From Chiloscyllium plagiosum (taxonomy: Eukaryota), in assembly GCF_004010195.1 (NCBI RefSeq), contig NC_057711.1:81419366-81483365 (forward strand): 64,000 nt of DNA. Direction: 5' to 3'. The position numbers and the translations under genes were made by a program. Shown one piece after another: positions 1-12,895 of the stretch; position 1 is the first letter of the stretch, and every line of letters begins with the position of its first letter. The notes under the pieces were generated by a model. That model saw nothing but the letters and a program-made list of their open reading frames with translations. It did not search any database and was not told the DNA's origin.

Positions 1-470
1 CATTTTCCTTGCCTCATTCTGTTAGGATTTTAAAGGTTTCTATAAGATTCCCCCCTTCATTCTAAATTCTAGGGATCCAGTCTCTCTTCAAAAATCATTC
101 CTGCCATCCCAGGAATCAGTCTGGTATACCCTTATTGCACTGCCTCCATATCCAGATTATTCATCCTCAAATAAAGAAACCAAACCTGCATGCAATATTT
201 CAAGTGTGGTCTCACAAAGGCCCTACACAATTGCAGCACGATATCCGTTCTCCTGTTCTGGAATCCTCTCGCTATGAAGACCAACATACTATTTGCCTTC
301 TTTACCGACTGCTTACGTTCAGTGCCTGATGTACAAGTACACCTAGGCCAGGTTGCACCACCCCTTTCCCAATCTATTGCCATTCAGACAATAATCCATT
401 TTCTTGTTTTTGCTACCAAAGTGGATAATCTCACATTTATCCACATTATACTTCATCGACCATGCATTTG
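1..470 (-). mobile_element. CR1/HER1-type LINE fragment (ORF2 C-terminal region)
   Basis: ORF 132..383 reads KKANSMLVFIARG...LQLCRAFVRPHLKYCMQVW, the post-RT segment of CR1 ORF2; degenerate. Confidence 0.85.
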
Positions 471-944
471 CCTAAAGCTTGTGCTGTTTGTGAATTAAAA
501 CATGAAAAGCACCTCCAAGTGTTTAAAAATTGATGTTGTTGTTAGCTGAAAAGAAATAAAATATTCAAATAGTCCACTGTGCATTGAGGAATTCTCCATA
601 TGTTCATTTTTAATGTTTAACCTGAGGACTTATTTAGAATGAGGAACATATAAATAAAATGAAGTATTTGGTGCTGACTGGTATTTTCAGAAGCATTTGT
701 TTTTATTTCAACAGTTATTATGAGAGCAACTGATTATCAAAATTAAATACCAGGATACATTTTTAATCAACGTATTCAGGGATGTTATGACAAACCTTGG
801 TACCAATCAGATTTGAACCCAGGTTTCCTGTCTCAGAGGAGTGTCACTGCACCACAAGGACCCTCAGATTACATTACCAAACCAAGGGAAGGCAGGTTCC
901 AGTGATTGAGCTACTGATGACCAGTGGTAGAAGCTGGGGATGGT

Positions 945-1607
945 CATAGCATCATACAGCACGGAAACAGACACTTTGATCCAAACAGTCCATGCTAACC
1001 ATAATCCCAAACTAAACTAATCCCACCTGCCTTACTCATGTACTTATCATGTCTTTTAAATGTTGTAACTGTACCTGCATCCATGAACAATCTCTTAAAA
1101 AATTTGCCTGCCATGTCCCTCTAACACAAAACTTCCATTCCTGGCAACATCCTGATAATTCTTTCCAGAACCCTCTTCAACTTGAAAATATCCGAGCTAT
1201 AGCAGGGCAACCAGAACTGGACACTATACTACAGAAGGTGTCTCACCAATGTCCTGTACAACTTCAACATGACTTCCCAACTCCCATCCCGAAGGTCTGA
1301 GCAATGAATGCAAGCATGCTAAATGCTTTCTTAAACACCCCGTCCACCTGTGACGCAAACTTCAAAGAATTATATACCTGAAATCTGAAGTCTCTCTGAT
1401 CTATAACACATCCAAAGCCCTACTTTTAATTGTATAAATCCTGTGCTTGTTTGTTTTACCAAAATGCAATACCTTGCATTTATCCAAATTAAACTTTATA
1501 TGCTACTCCTTAACCCACTGACAAAATCAATCATGACTTCTTTATTATTTTAGATAACCTTCTTCATTGTCCATTATACCACCAATTTTGGTGCCACCAA
1601 CAAACAT
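945..1607 (-). mobile_element. CR1/HER1 LINE 3' fragment
   Basis: Minus strand has a degenerate FADDTKIG (FVGGTKIG near 1582-1605), an LEYCVQFW-like region and a CR1-type 3' tail. Confidence 0.8.
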
Positions 1608-2146
1608 GTGGAAGATCATGTGATAACATCTCCCAGATTATGGCCCACTAGATTTGGCAACACTATTCCATAGATCAGTCCATTGAGGCTTTAGCACCAA
1701 GGTGGTAGTAACAACACCCTGAGAGACATCAAGGCAGCAGCGCTAGGAGAGATACTTGTCTGTTTCATGTGACATGATTAATGGATGCCACAAACTAAAT
1801 CAACTTTCTGCAAGAGGTGAAAGTCACATGACTATGGTAAACCACCTGGTTTATGACATATGAATACACTTCTCCACATATCCCCAAAACAAACAAAAAA
1901 CAATGATCGACTACATTTTGCCTCTACAAGTACTCAGTATCCATGGTCAACAAAGAAAATTCTAATCAATTGACTTTTGTCAGTTTCTGCATCTATGTTG
2001 TGTCCATCATCTTTAAGTTGTACAGGTCTTCTGATGGTACATAAGTGCATCATTGTTCGTTGTTGGTCTGGTATCAGCTCATTCCGAGGGTGATGTTCTA
2101 TTTCCAGAATGTGTAATCCCAGTGTTGGGTGTTTAACATGTTTGGC

Positions 2147-2416
2147 ATAGAATCCCTACAGTGTGGAAGCAGGCCAGTCAGCCCATTGGGTCCACACTTA
2201 CCCTCTGAAGAGCATCCCACCCCCCACCATCTCTCTGTAATCCTGCATATCCCATAACCAATCCACCAAACCTGTACATGGTTAGATTATGGGAGGGAAC
2301 CAGAGGACCTGGAGGGCACAGAACGAATTTGCAAACTCCACACACACAGCTGCCCAAGGGTAGATTCAAACCTGGCACTGTGAGGCAGCAGTGCTAACCA
2401 CTGAGCCATCATGCTG
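2147..2416 (-). mobile_element. HE1-type tRNA-derived V-SINE
   Basis: Reverse complement begins TGGCTCAGTGGTTAGCACTGCTGCCTCACAG, contains a B-box and ends in the CR1-like tail CCACACTGTAGGGATTCTATG. Confidence 0.9.
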
Positions 2417-2469
2417 TGTTGCTGCAGTGTAAATTGTTGTTTCTGATTTGTTTCTGTTGCTGCTGTTGA

Positions 2470-3610
2470 TCTTTATGATGATTGTGCAGATAATGGGATT
2501 ATTTCTTCCCCATCAGCTGCCTGCAGTGAGAGAAGAGCACTCTGTGCCAGTATATCATGTTGTTCACATTCACTGAGTATGATTGAGGAGATACCTTTTA
2601 TTGGGAGTTCTGAACATTTGCACTCTGGTTGGCTCTTCAAATCTCAGCCCTGGTAATTATTTAGCCGTTTTATCAAAGTAAAACATGGCTTTTTGTCATT
2701 TCACTTTAACTTTGACTTTTACAACTTCTGGTTCAGTAGGTTTTTTCAATATCACAAGGGTAGGTTGGGCATGATATCACAAGTCTTTGGATTGGACAAC
2801 TTTCCATGCCCTCAGTAATTTTTTTTTTTACTATGGGTTTGCCTTGTACGAGTCTGTATTACATTTGCTCAATTTCTTTATAACTTTGGCAATTTCCTCA
2901 GCAACTTCAGCCTTTCCATTTGACTGGGGATGGTGTTAAATTTTCCAATTATTTATAAAACAAATGAATTCCTCACTCAAAATTGAGAGCCATTGTCACT
3001 CATTACCAAAACTGGAATGGCATAATAGCTGCATGGCTGAAAGTGCTTTCAGTGCTGGTAGTAACTGATGTCAACTGGTCTAATTCCCAGCAGTCATCAG
3101 TGACGAGACAATCAGTTTCAATGAGTGAAAAGAATTCTCCCACTTTCATTCGTAGTCTTTTGGATCTATCTAATAAGCAGCTCTTTAGCTTGACTAATTT
3201 GGTATTCTTCACAAGAACTGAGCTGGCTGATGAATTTCTTAATCTCATTGCTTGATTTGGCTAGAAGAGCACTTCTTTTGCTTTCTTCAGACTACACCCA
3301 ATCTCTTGCTAAGTTGCAAGGGAGGATCTTCAACATCTCTTTCCTCATCTCTTTCAGCATAATAACAGATTTCCTTTTGTACAAGGTATTATATTGGACT
3401 ATCACTTCATCTCTGTATACCCAAACCTCTCTTATAGCGACAGGAATGTCCTTGATACTTTCAGGTCATCTTTTCATTATTACTTTCTGCAATACTTGGA
3501 GTGTGCTTGTAGTTTGCTTGGTTTGAGCAAGTCATCTGTCTTTCAGATTCAATCTCTCTGCTGGATTGTTTCCTTCTGGAGTGTGTTGAGATATTGCTTC
3601 TTGTTGAAAT
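2470..3610 (-). pseudogene. Gypsy integrase remnant
   Basis: Minus-strand motifs MSDNGSQF (about 2980-3003), HHPQSNGKAE (about 2906-2935) and LVTDDCWELDQL; contains stops and frameshifts. Confidence 0.85.
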
Positions 3611-3814
3611 AACAGGAAGCAATATCTCAACATTGCCAAAAAGGAGAAATCACATCCAGAGTGAATAAAGATTTTGAGAAATTTGGAGGCAATCTGGGAA
3701 TTCAGTGCAGAGGGGGAGAGATGCTCTTTGCTTGCTTTTTATTGGCTCATAATTTGCAAAGATTTTTTTCAACAGGATAAATTGAAGCCCAGGATCGGGG
3801 CGGAGCACAATGGA

Positions 3815-4083
3815 GTGTCTTTTATGCACTTTTTTTTAATGTAATAGGACTGTCTTATATGTACTTGTTACTGTTTTCTGGTGACAGAAAGTGGGATTTG
3901 AGGTTTGTCCTCATATCCCTGAAAACTGGTTGAACAGTAGGGCTTGGGGCTTGCCTCTGCTGCTCCTCTCCCTTGTAAACTTGCTGTTACTCTGTATACA
4001 GGTGTTAATGTTAACTGTTTTGTAAACTGTATTGTTTAATAAAATATAAAACTAGGAAAAAAAATTTTAAGAAACAGGAGTGT
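3815..4083 (+). repeat. Copy 1 of a ~260-bp LINE-like 3' tail (AATAAA plus A-rich end)
   Basis: Aligns by eye to 4326-4575; ends aataaaa...aaacaggagtgt. Confidence 0.6.
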
Positions 4084-4575
4084 AAGTGTGAAGGGTGGAT
4101 AGGGAAGCCAGAAGGTGGGTAGGCCATCCTGATCGCTGTTGTCCTGGGGTGGTTTGGGAAACAGGACGGGTTGGCCTAGAGGTGGCCGGAAGATGTGCCA
4201 GGGCAGACCGAGAGCCAGAAGGTGTGTAGGGGTGGGCCGACAGCCAGAAGGGGCATAGGAGCGGGCTGCCTTACAATGGCTGGAAGGTGGGAGGGACAGG
4301 TGGCTTGCTGGGTTGCTGTAGGGGGTCTGTATTTTATGCACTGTCTTTTATGTAAATGGACTGTCTTTTAGGAATTTGTTACAGTTTTGTGATGACTGAA
4401 ACTGGGATATGAGGTTTGTCCTCATTCTCCTGAAAACTGGTTGAATGGTAGGATTTGAGATCTAGCTTTGCTGCTCCTCTCCTTTGTAAATTGCTGTTAC
4501 TCTGTATGCAGCTGTTAATGTTAATTGTTTTGTAAATTGTCTGTTGTTCAATAAAATAAAAATAAACAGGAGTGT
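4084..4575 (+). mobile_element. Copy 2 of the same tail; probable 5'-truncated non-LTR element with a 12-bp TSD
   Basis: AAACAGGAGTGT at both 4072-4083 and 4564-4575; A-rich 3' end. Confidence 0.55.
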
Positions 4576-6015
4576 GGCGGTAAATGACTTGTTCACGGCG
4601 ACCACTATTCGACACCATGAAACAGCGGTACCCGGACCCAATATCGTGCACCAGTTGGAGGATGCTCAGGTGTGCAGTGGAATCCCGTCCGTACATACCC
4701 CTGCCCAAACAGAATTTCATGTTAGTTCCAAGCTCCCATACTTCCATAGGAGCCAGTGCCCCACAACCTGAGCTGCCTGCAGAATTTTAGTTTTGTCCCC
4801 TTCAGGGACGTGAAACAGCAGCCCTGTATTGACTGCTGCTGCACACCATCCACCTCTTCTCTCTTAGTCACCACCCGGACATGCCCTGGCGTGCACATTT
4901 GCCACTGGGCTGGGGATCATGCTGGACCAGAGTCCTGGAGAATTGCATAACTTGGGCTGTGGATACAGCATTAAAATAAATAGTAGGGGCGTGGGTTCAG
5001 TTGCTTGGAAAATTAAGGAAAGAGCTAAAGGAAGGATTGGCTCAGCAGAAATGATTAAAGTTTCCAGAATAAGTAACAGAACAAAGATTATGGGAAGTGT
5101 CAGGAATCCATTCAGGGACAACGGATAAGGGACAACTATGATAAGGGGGGCAGTCAACCCAGGACTAAGGGTATTGTACTTAATTGCATGCAGTTTATGA
5201 AACAAGGTAAAAAAGCTTATAGCACAGATTGAAATTGGTAGGTACAATTGTGGGTATCAAAGAGATGTGACTGCAAGGGGAACAGAGCTGGGAACTAAAT
5301 ATCAAAGGATAAATGTCCTACCAAAAAGACAGGCAGATAGGCAGTGGGGTCGGCGTTACCTTGTTAGTAAGAAATGTAGTTAAATTGGTAGCAAGAAGTG
5401 ACATAGAAGGCATAGAATCTGGGTGAGTAGGGTTGAGGAACTGCAAAGGAGAAAATACCTTGTTGGGAGTTATGTACAGGCCTCCCAGCAGTAGTCAGGA
5501 TGTGAGTGGAAAAAATAAAGGAGCAAGGATAAAAAGCATATCAGAAAGGTGCTATTACAATAATCATGAGGGCCTTCAATATGCAGGTGGACTGGGAAAA
5601 TCAAGTTTGTAGAGGATCCCAAGAAAAGGAATTCATGGAATGTCTACTAGATGGATTTTGGTTCAGCTTGTGGTAGACCCCACTCTGGAATAGGTATTTC
5701 TGGATTTGGTGATATGCAATGAAGCAGGCTTGATTAGGGAGAATCAGTTGAAGGAACCTGCAGGGGACAGTGATGATAAAATGATAGAATTCACCCTGCA
5801 GTTTGAGAGGGAGGAGCTGGAATCAGATGCAATGGCATTGCAATTGGGTAAAGAAGAAAGAAGGGGGAGCTGGCCAGAGTTGATTGGGAGGGGAGCCTAA
5901 CCATGAAGATGGGAAAGCAGCAGCAGCAGGTACTTCTGGGGGTAATTCAGGAGGCACAGCCGAAATTCATCCCAAGGAAGAAGAAGAAAGAAGAAACATA
6001 CTAAGGGGAGGATAA

Positions 6016-6141
6016 AGTGAGGACTTCAGATGCTGGAGATTAGAGTCGAAAAGTGTGGCACTGGAAAAGCACAGCAGTCGGGCAGCATCCGAGCAGCAAG
6101 AGAGTCAACATTTGGGGCTTAAGCCCTTCATCAGGAATGTG
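6016..6141 (-). mobile_element. Penelope family A terminal fragment inside the CR1
   Basis: Matches the PLE-A end at 45554-45675 (gatgctggaga...agcccttcatcaggaat). Confidence 0.8.
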
Positions 6142-7044
6142 AAAGGCAACAGTGGGTGAGAAGGGAAATCAGGGACAGGATAAAAGTAAAAGAAAAGGCA
6201 CACAATGTGGTGAAGGTAAGTGAGAAGCCAAAGGATGGAGAAGCCTTTAAGAACCAGTAAAGGATAATTTAAAAAAGCAATAAGGGATGTCCATGAAATT
6301 TAGAGTAACCTGGCTAATAATATATAAGAAGATTAAGAAGGCTTTATTTTTAGCTATATAAAACATAACAGAAAGGCTAGAATCAACATTTGACTGCAGG
6401 AAAATAAGGTAGGAGAAATAGTAATAGGGAAGAAAGAATTAGTGGAGGAACGGGACAGGTACTTTGCATCAGTTTCCACAGTAGAAGACACCAACAGCAA
6501 ATCAGAACTTCAAGAGACTCGGGGCAGAGGTGAGTGTCATGGCCATCACCATGCAAAAGGTTGTTGGGGAAGCTGAAAGGTCTGATTGTGGATAAATCAC
6601 CCAAACCAGATGGACCCCAGATTTCTGAAGGAGATACCAGAGGAGTTTGTAGAGGCATTAGTGGTAATCTTTCAGGAAACACTGGAGTCAGGGAGGGTCC
6701 CAGAAGACTGGAAAATGGTTCTTTAACACTCCAATTCAGGAAGGGAAGGAGGCAGAAGATGGGAAACCATAGGCCAGTTATCTTAGTCATTTCTAAGATT
6801 TTAGAGAATGAGATTGCAGGTTACTTGGAATAGGGTTAGGGTAAAATAGTGCTGAGTCAGCATGGCGCCATCAAGCTTGACAAGTCTGATAGAAGTTTTT
6901 GAGGAAATAACAAGCAAATTAGAGAAAGGAAAGCCAGTGGATGTGGTCTGTTTGGATTTCTTGAAGGCTTTTAACAAGGCGCCACACAGCAGGCTGCTAA
7001 ACATGAGCTCATGATGTTAGGAGCAAGGCATTGACATAGATAGA

Positions 7045-8081
7045 GGCACAGTGAAAAGCTTTGCCTTGGGAGCATTACAGGCAGATCACAGAGTTAAGTA
7101 GCATAGACATGTAAATAATAGGTAAACAGCAGCAAAATCAACAACACAAGTACAAGCGAATGTTAAGAGTTTGTGAGTCCATTCAGCATTCTAACAACAG
7201 TAGGGTAGAAACTGTTTCAAAACCATCAGGTGCATTTGTTCAGGCTTCTGTACCTTCTCCCTGCTGGTAAAGGTTGTCGAAAAACATTGCCAGGGTGGGA
7301 TGGATCTTTGAGAATGCTGGAGGCCTTACCTTGACTGCAGGCCTGGTAGTTGGATTCTATAGATGAGAGGTTGGCCTTTGTGATTGGCCGGGCCGAGTTC
7401 ACTACTCTATGTAACTGTCTCCAATCTTGAATGGTACAGTTGCCATACCAGGCAGTGATATATCCAGATAGAATGCTCTTGATGGTGCACCTACAAAAGT
7501 TAGCAAGGATATTTGCCGTCATACTAAATTTCCTCAGTTGCCTGAGGAAGAAAAGATGTTGTTGGGTCTTTGTAACCAGTGCGTCCACATGAAGAGTACA
7601 AGAAAGCTCGTTGTGGATGACCACTCCCAGGAGCTTGACCCTCTCTACTCGTTCCACCTCTGGGCTGTTAATGTGTAGGGGGGGCATGAGTAACATCCCG
7701 CCAAAAGTCAATAATGAGTTCCTTGGTTTTGCTGGCATTGAGAGCTAGGTTGTTCTCAGTGCACCATTTTTCCTCGTCTTCCACCTCATGTCTGTAGTCT
7801 GTTTCGTCGCCATCTGAGATTCGACCGACTATGGTGGTGTCATCAGCGAACTTGTAAATGGCATTAGTCTGGTATTTGGTGATGCAGTCATGGCTATACA
7901 GAGAGTACAGTAGGGGGCTGAATACACATACCTGAGGGGATCCAGTGTTGAGTGCTAGTGAGGATGAAATATTGTCCCCAATCTTCCTGACCCATGTGGC
8001 CCATGGGTCAGGAAACTGATGATCCAGTTGCAGAGAATGGGGCTTAGTCCAAAATCACTAAGTTTAGTAATCAGTCTTGAG
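7045..8081 (-). mobile_element. Rex1/Babar-type LINE 3' part inserted in the CR1 RT
   Basis: IYKFADDTTIVGRI (about 7818-7859); ORF 7226..7738 with QQHLFFLRQLRKF, ITAWYGNC and KDPSHPG...PLPAGRRYRS; the CR1 reading resumes at DWLTGRRQR. Confidence 0.85.
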
Positions 8082-9464
8082 GAGATTGGTTGACTGGTAG
8101 AAGACAGAGAATCAGAATAAAATGGTACTTTTCAGGAATAGCAGCTGGTGACTAGTGGGATTCTGCAGATTTCAGTGTTGGAAGCATAACTACCCACATT
8201 GTCCAATAACAATCTGCATCAATGAATGGAGGGCACTGTTGCTACGTTTGTAGATGACACGTTGGCAGGTGGAGGGCTAGCTAGGGTTGAGGAAACGGGG
8301 AGGCTGCAGAAGGACTTGGACAGGATAGAAAATTGGGCAAAGAAACGGCAGATGGAACATAATGTGGGAAAGTATGAGGTTTTGTACTTTGGTAGGAAAA
8401 TTAGAGATGAAGACTATATTTTAAATGGGGAAAGGATTTTGAAATCTGAAGCACAAAGGGACTTGGGAGACTTAGTTCAGGATTCTCCTAAGGTTAACAT
8501 GCAGGCTCAGATGGTAGTTATGAAAGCAAATGCAATGTTAGCATTCAGTATAAGAGGTGTAGTGTACTTGAGCAGGGATGTGCTGCTGAGGCTATTGTGA
8601 GCGATTTTGAGATCTCATGTCTAAGAAAGGATGTGATGGAATTGGAGTTGGTCCAGAAGAGGTTTACAAGAATGATCCCAGGAATGGTAGACTTGTAATT
8701 TGAAGAGATGTTGAGGACTCTGGATCTATACTCAATGGAGTTTAGAAGGAGAGGGGGATCTGATTGAAACTTGCAGAATACTGAGAGACCTCGATGGAGT
8801 GGATGAGGAGAAGATGTTTCCACCAGTAGGAGAGACTAGAAGTGAAGGGCACATCCTCAGAATGAAAGGACAATCATTTTGAATTGAGATAAAAAGGAAT
8901 CTCTTCAGCCAGAGGATGGTTAATCTGTATAACTCTGTCACAGAATGCTGTGGAGGCCAAGTAATTTTAAAATTTTTATTTCTTTTATTAATTAATTAAT
9001 TCAAGAGTCAACCATATCAGTGTGGGTCTAGAGTCACATGTAGGCCAGACCAGGTAACAGTGATCTAGAAAGGATTGAAGAAGTTACATTAAAGAAAAGC
9101 ATTTCAACTCAAAGCTCTTTGGTTACAGCTATGGAAGGATGTTATTGGGAAAAATCCTAAAGTAATAATGGAACCTTTTATCAGGAGGACAAAATATTTG
9201 CAAACATTCATTCATGAAGTCTTGTGGGGAACGTTGGATATCGTGAATGACATGCGTTTATTAATTCTTGCTCTTCTGCCTTGGTACTTGGATCCCACTA
9301 TGGAAGCAAGCTAGTGATTAGTGAAACTGAGTGTATTTAAGACAGAGATAGATAGGTTCTTGATTAATAAGGAGATCAAGGGTTACGGAAAGAAGGTAGG
9401 AGAATTAATGGACTGAATGGCCGAATTCTGCTCTTATATGTTATGGTCTTATGAAATGGAAGAT

Positions 9465-11100
9465 TTTACGCTATGTCTTGGCATGCTCAGCTCTCTCAAT
9501 AGGAAATGTTGTCCTTGATAGCATATCAGTAATGTACATCTATTTCCCTCGCTTGTATGTTACATCCAAATTGTATGCCCCCAAAGAAAATGACATTATT
9601 TGGTGACATTTAGTGCAGTTAGAAGCAGTTTATGAAAAATGCTTTTAAGAAACTTGTGATTGGACTCCACTGCCACTTTCTGTCTTCTAAACAGGTATTG
9701 ATTGAAGTATCTACAAGCAAATATAATAGCTAAGCACTCTTTCTCAGTATGAGTGTGCTGTCATTCGGTTTGCATTAATGCCCGAGATGTAAATACAACT
9801 GGTTATCCTTGCTGCAAAAGGGTTGCTCCAAATCCTGTATTACTGGGATCAAAGTGCAAGGTGATTTCATCGTTGTTATCGAGGTACCTCACCATCACCA
9901 TGGTGGTGTCATCACTCGTTGTTTGATTCTGGTGAAAGCTGCCTGTTGTTCTGTTCCCCAAACCCACCACATATCCTTAGCAGTGACATTGCATAGAAGT
10001 TTACATTGTAATGACAGATTAGGTGCGAACTTTCTTAAATGAAAGCAAAATATTATGGATGCTAGAAATCTGAAACAAGCATAGAAAATGGTGGAGGAAC
10101 TCAGCAGATCTGGTGACATTTGTGCACAGAGCAACATTTTGAGCCCAATATCACTTTTCTTCAGAACACTTCACTAAATAGTTAACCACCTGCAATTTAC
10201 CCACGAGGCCATTCACCATCCTGATTTCGAACTACATCTCCATTCATTCAGTGTTGCTCGGTCAAAATCCTGGAAATCCATCCCAAAAGGCATTATTGGT
10301 AAATCAGTACAAGAAGACAGCTCATCACAACTTTCTCAAGGGCAACAAGTGATAGATAATAAGTGCATATCCTATAAATACATGTCTTTAAAAATCCATC
10401 AGAACAGTGCATTGTCTTCATATCTGTTGATTGCTGCTCCTCTGCCACAACTCACTCCTTGTCAGGATTCAAGTGAAATGCTGTGCTGTCAGTACATGAC
10501 TTATGTATCTGACTTTAGGCATCTTCAATAGCATCTTTTCTCTTGTTTTTCAGATTAATCTGGCAAGTTCTCTTCAGAAGTAACAAAACACTTTGACAAT
10601 GGTCTGTAGTGGCTCTACATCCATAGATGAGCACATCATCCCTCATCACGTCCAGTCCAGGAGGATCACTGACATTCTCAAGCAATCTATACTTATATTG
10701 TTCTGGAACAGTGCTAATGCAAAATGACATACTCAACCATCTTTGTTCCTCAAATAGTATTCAGAATGTTGATAGACAGCTGTTGCTTTCACCCAGCCTC
10801 ACTTTTCAGTAACCATTCTTTGCAACCAAGGTAGCAAAGTTTTTTGCCTTGAAAAGTTGCAACAAAACTTCTTGAATGGTTGGCATGAGGTAATGAGATC
10901 TTCTCAAAACTTTATCGAGATACTTCAGATCTATATATGTTCTCAACTTGACAGGTTTCTTTGCTGCTACAACGCTGTTTATCCACTCTGTGGAAGTTGT
11001 CAATTGCTTGACTGCTCTTCTTTTCCAGTTCTTCTAACTAGTCTTTCAGCTTGGGTCAGAAAGCAACTGAAATTCTCACTGGCAGATGCAGAGTGAGTCA
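9465..11100 (-). pseudogene. Gypsy RT and RNase H remnant
   Basis: TEWINSVVAAKKP..LRTYIDLKYLDK..RSHYLMPTIQE; DVMRDDVLIYG; WGTEQQAAF; EKECLAIIFAC; YITDMLSR; small insertions at about 10040-10400. Confidence 0.85.
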
Positions 11101-11134
11101 TACACTTACATCTACTTCAAAATGATATTAATAC

Positions 11135-11550
11135 AGCATAGGAACATGAGTAGGCCATTCAGCCCCTTGAGCCTGTTCCACCCTTCAATGATATCATGGC
11201 TGATATGTGGCCTAACTGCACATACATGCCTTTAGCCCATATCCCTTAACACCTTTGCTTAATAAAAATGTATTGATCTCATCAGTTGTTAATTTTAACT
11301 CTCTGATCCAGCATCTATTGCTGTTTGTAGAAGAGAGTTCCAACTATCTACCACTCTTTGTGTGTAAAAGTGGTTCCTAATGTCTCTCTGAATGTTCTGG
11401 CCCCAATTCTTTGCACTCTACTTCTAGAAACTCCAACCAGGAGAAACAGGTTATCACCCTGTCTTTTCTTATTAATATCTTAAAGGTATCAATCGGATCA
11501 CCCCAGAGCCTTCCAAATTCCAGAGAAAACAGGACCACTTCTTCCTGGAA
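11135..11550 (-). mobile_element. CR1 LINE 3' end
   Basis: LFSLEFGRLWGDPIDTFKIL followed by a CR1 tail. Confidence 0.8.
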
Positions 11551-11569
11551 ATAAAAGATCTGAATCATC

Positions 11570-11955
11570 ACCATCAAGTACCACCCTCCTCCATTTGGCC
11601 GAGTTCATCCTCACTTTGAACAGTTTGTCCTTTAACTCCTCTAACTTTCTTTAGGTTAAAGGTAAGGCAATAAGTAGATGCTTAGGCCCCAGTTATGCCT
11701 GACTCTTTGTGGGGTACGTAGAACATGCTTTGTTCCTACTCTGGCCCCCAGCCAAAACTCTTCACTGGCAAATCAATGAAATCCTTGGTGCTGCTTTCCT
11801 CTTTCATCTGCAATTGTAAAAAATCATCAATTTTGTTTCAGTTTTCACCTCGCTCTCACTTTCACCTGGTCCATTTTTCATTCTAGACATCTCTGCTTCC
11901 ATTTTTGGGAATAGGCTGGCCGTCAATATCCAGTATAAACACACTGGCTCCCACA
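11570..11955 (+). mobile_element. Penelope-like RT fragment
   Basis: LLHLAEFILTLNSLSFNSSNFL*VKG...LGPSYA*LFVGYVE, homologous to ORF 46590..47036. Confidence 0.8.
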
Positions 11956-11989
11956 AAGTCAGAAGTCGCATGACACCTAGTTATAGTCC

Positions 11990-12895
11990 TTAAAAATGTG
12001 TTGCTGGAAAAGCCCAGCAGGTCAGGCAGCATCCAAGGAGAAGGAGAATCGACGTTTCGGGCATAAGCCCTTCTTCAGGAATGGGGAGGGTGTGCCAAGC
12101 AGGTTAAGATAAAAGGTAAGGAGGAGGGACTTGGGGGAGGGGCGTTGGGAATGCGATAGGTGGAAGGAGGTTAAGGTGAGGGTGATAGGCCGGAGAGGGG
12201 ATGGGGGCGGAGAGGTCAGGAAGAAGATTGCAGGTCAAGAAGGCAGTGCTGAGTCTGAGGGCTAGGACTGAGAAAAGTTTGGGGGAGGGGAAATGAGGAA
12301 GCTGGAGAAACTCGCATTCATTCCCTGTGGCTGGAGGATTGCTAGGCGGAAGATGAGTCGCTCTTCCTCCAGGCGTTGTGTTGCCATGATCTGGCAATGG
12401 AGGAGGCCAAGGACCTGCATGTCCTTGGTGGAGTGGGAGGGGTAAATGATGTGTGTGGAGGTGCAGGTGAATTTCTGATGGATATTGAAGGATCCCTTGG
12501 GGCCTTGGAGGGAAGTGAGGGGGGAGGCGTGGGTGCAAGTTTTGCATTTTGTGCGGTTGCAGGGGAAGGTGTCGGGAGTGGGTTGGTGGGGGGTGTGGAT
12601 CTGACAAGGGAGTCGCGGAAGGAGTGGTCTTTCCGGAACGCTGATAGGGATGGGGAGGGAAATATATCCTTTGTGGTGGGGTCCGTTTGGAGGTGACGGA
12701 AATGATGAAGGATGATCAGATGTATCTGGAGGTTGGTGGGGTGGTAGGTGAGGACTTGTGGAGTTCTGTCCTGGTGGTAATTAGAGGGTAGGGTTCAAGG
12801 GCGAGGAGCGGGAAGTGGAGGAGATGCGGTGGAGAGCATCGTCAACCACGTCTGAGGGGAAATTGCAGTCTTTGAAGAAGGAGGCCATCTGGGAC
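11990..12895 (-). mobile_element. Penelope family A element (3' part, internally deleted)
   Basis: QMASFFKDCNFPSDVVDDALHRISS; matches 45550-46440; hammerhead motif near its 3' end. Confidence 0.9.
12047..12082 (-). ncRNA. Minimal hammerhead ribozyme motif, PLE family A
   Basis: Minus strand ATTC-CTGAAGA-A-GGGC-TTAT-GCCC-GAAA-CG-TC-GATT: catalytic core, 4-bp stem II and a GUC site; stem I is weak. Confidence 0.7.

Larger units (their letters stand above)
4960..9453 (+). mobile_element. Long degenerate CR1 LINE (APE endonuclease plus RT), interrupted
   Basis: LYLNARS-like endonuclease start near 5172; GDSDDKMIEF; DKSPKPDG; VDVVCLDFLKAFNK; FVDDTL; KANAMLAF; CR1 3' tail ending ggtcttatg. Confidence 0.9.
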
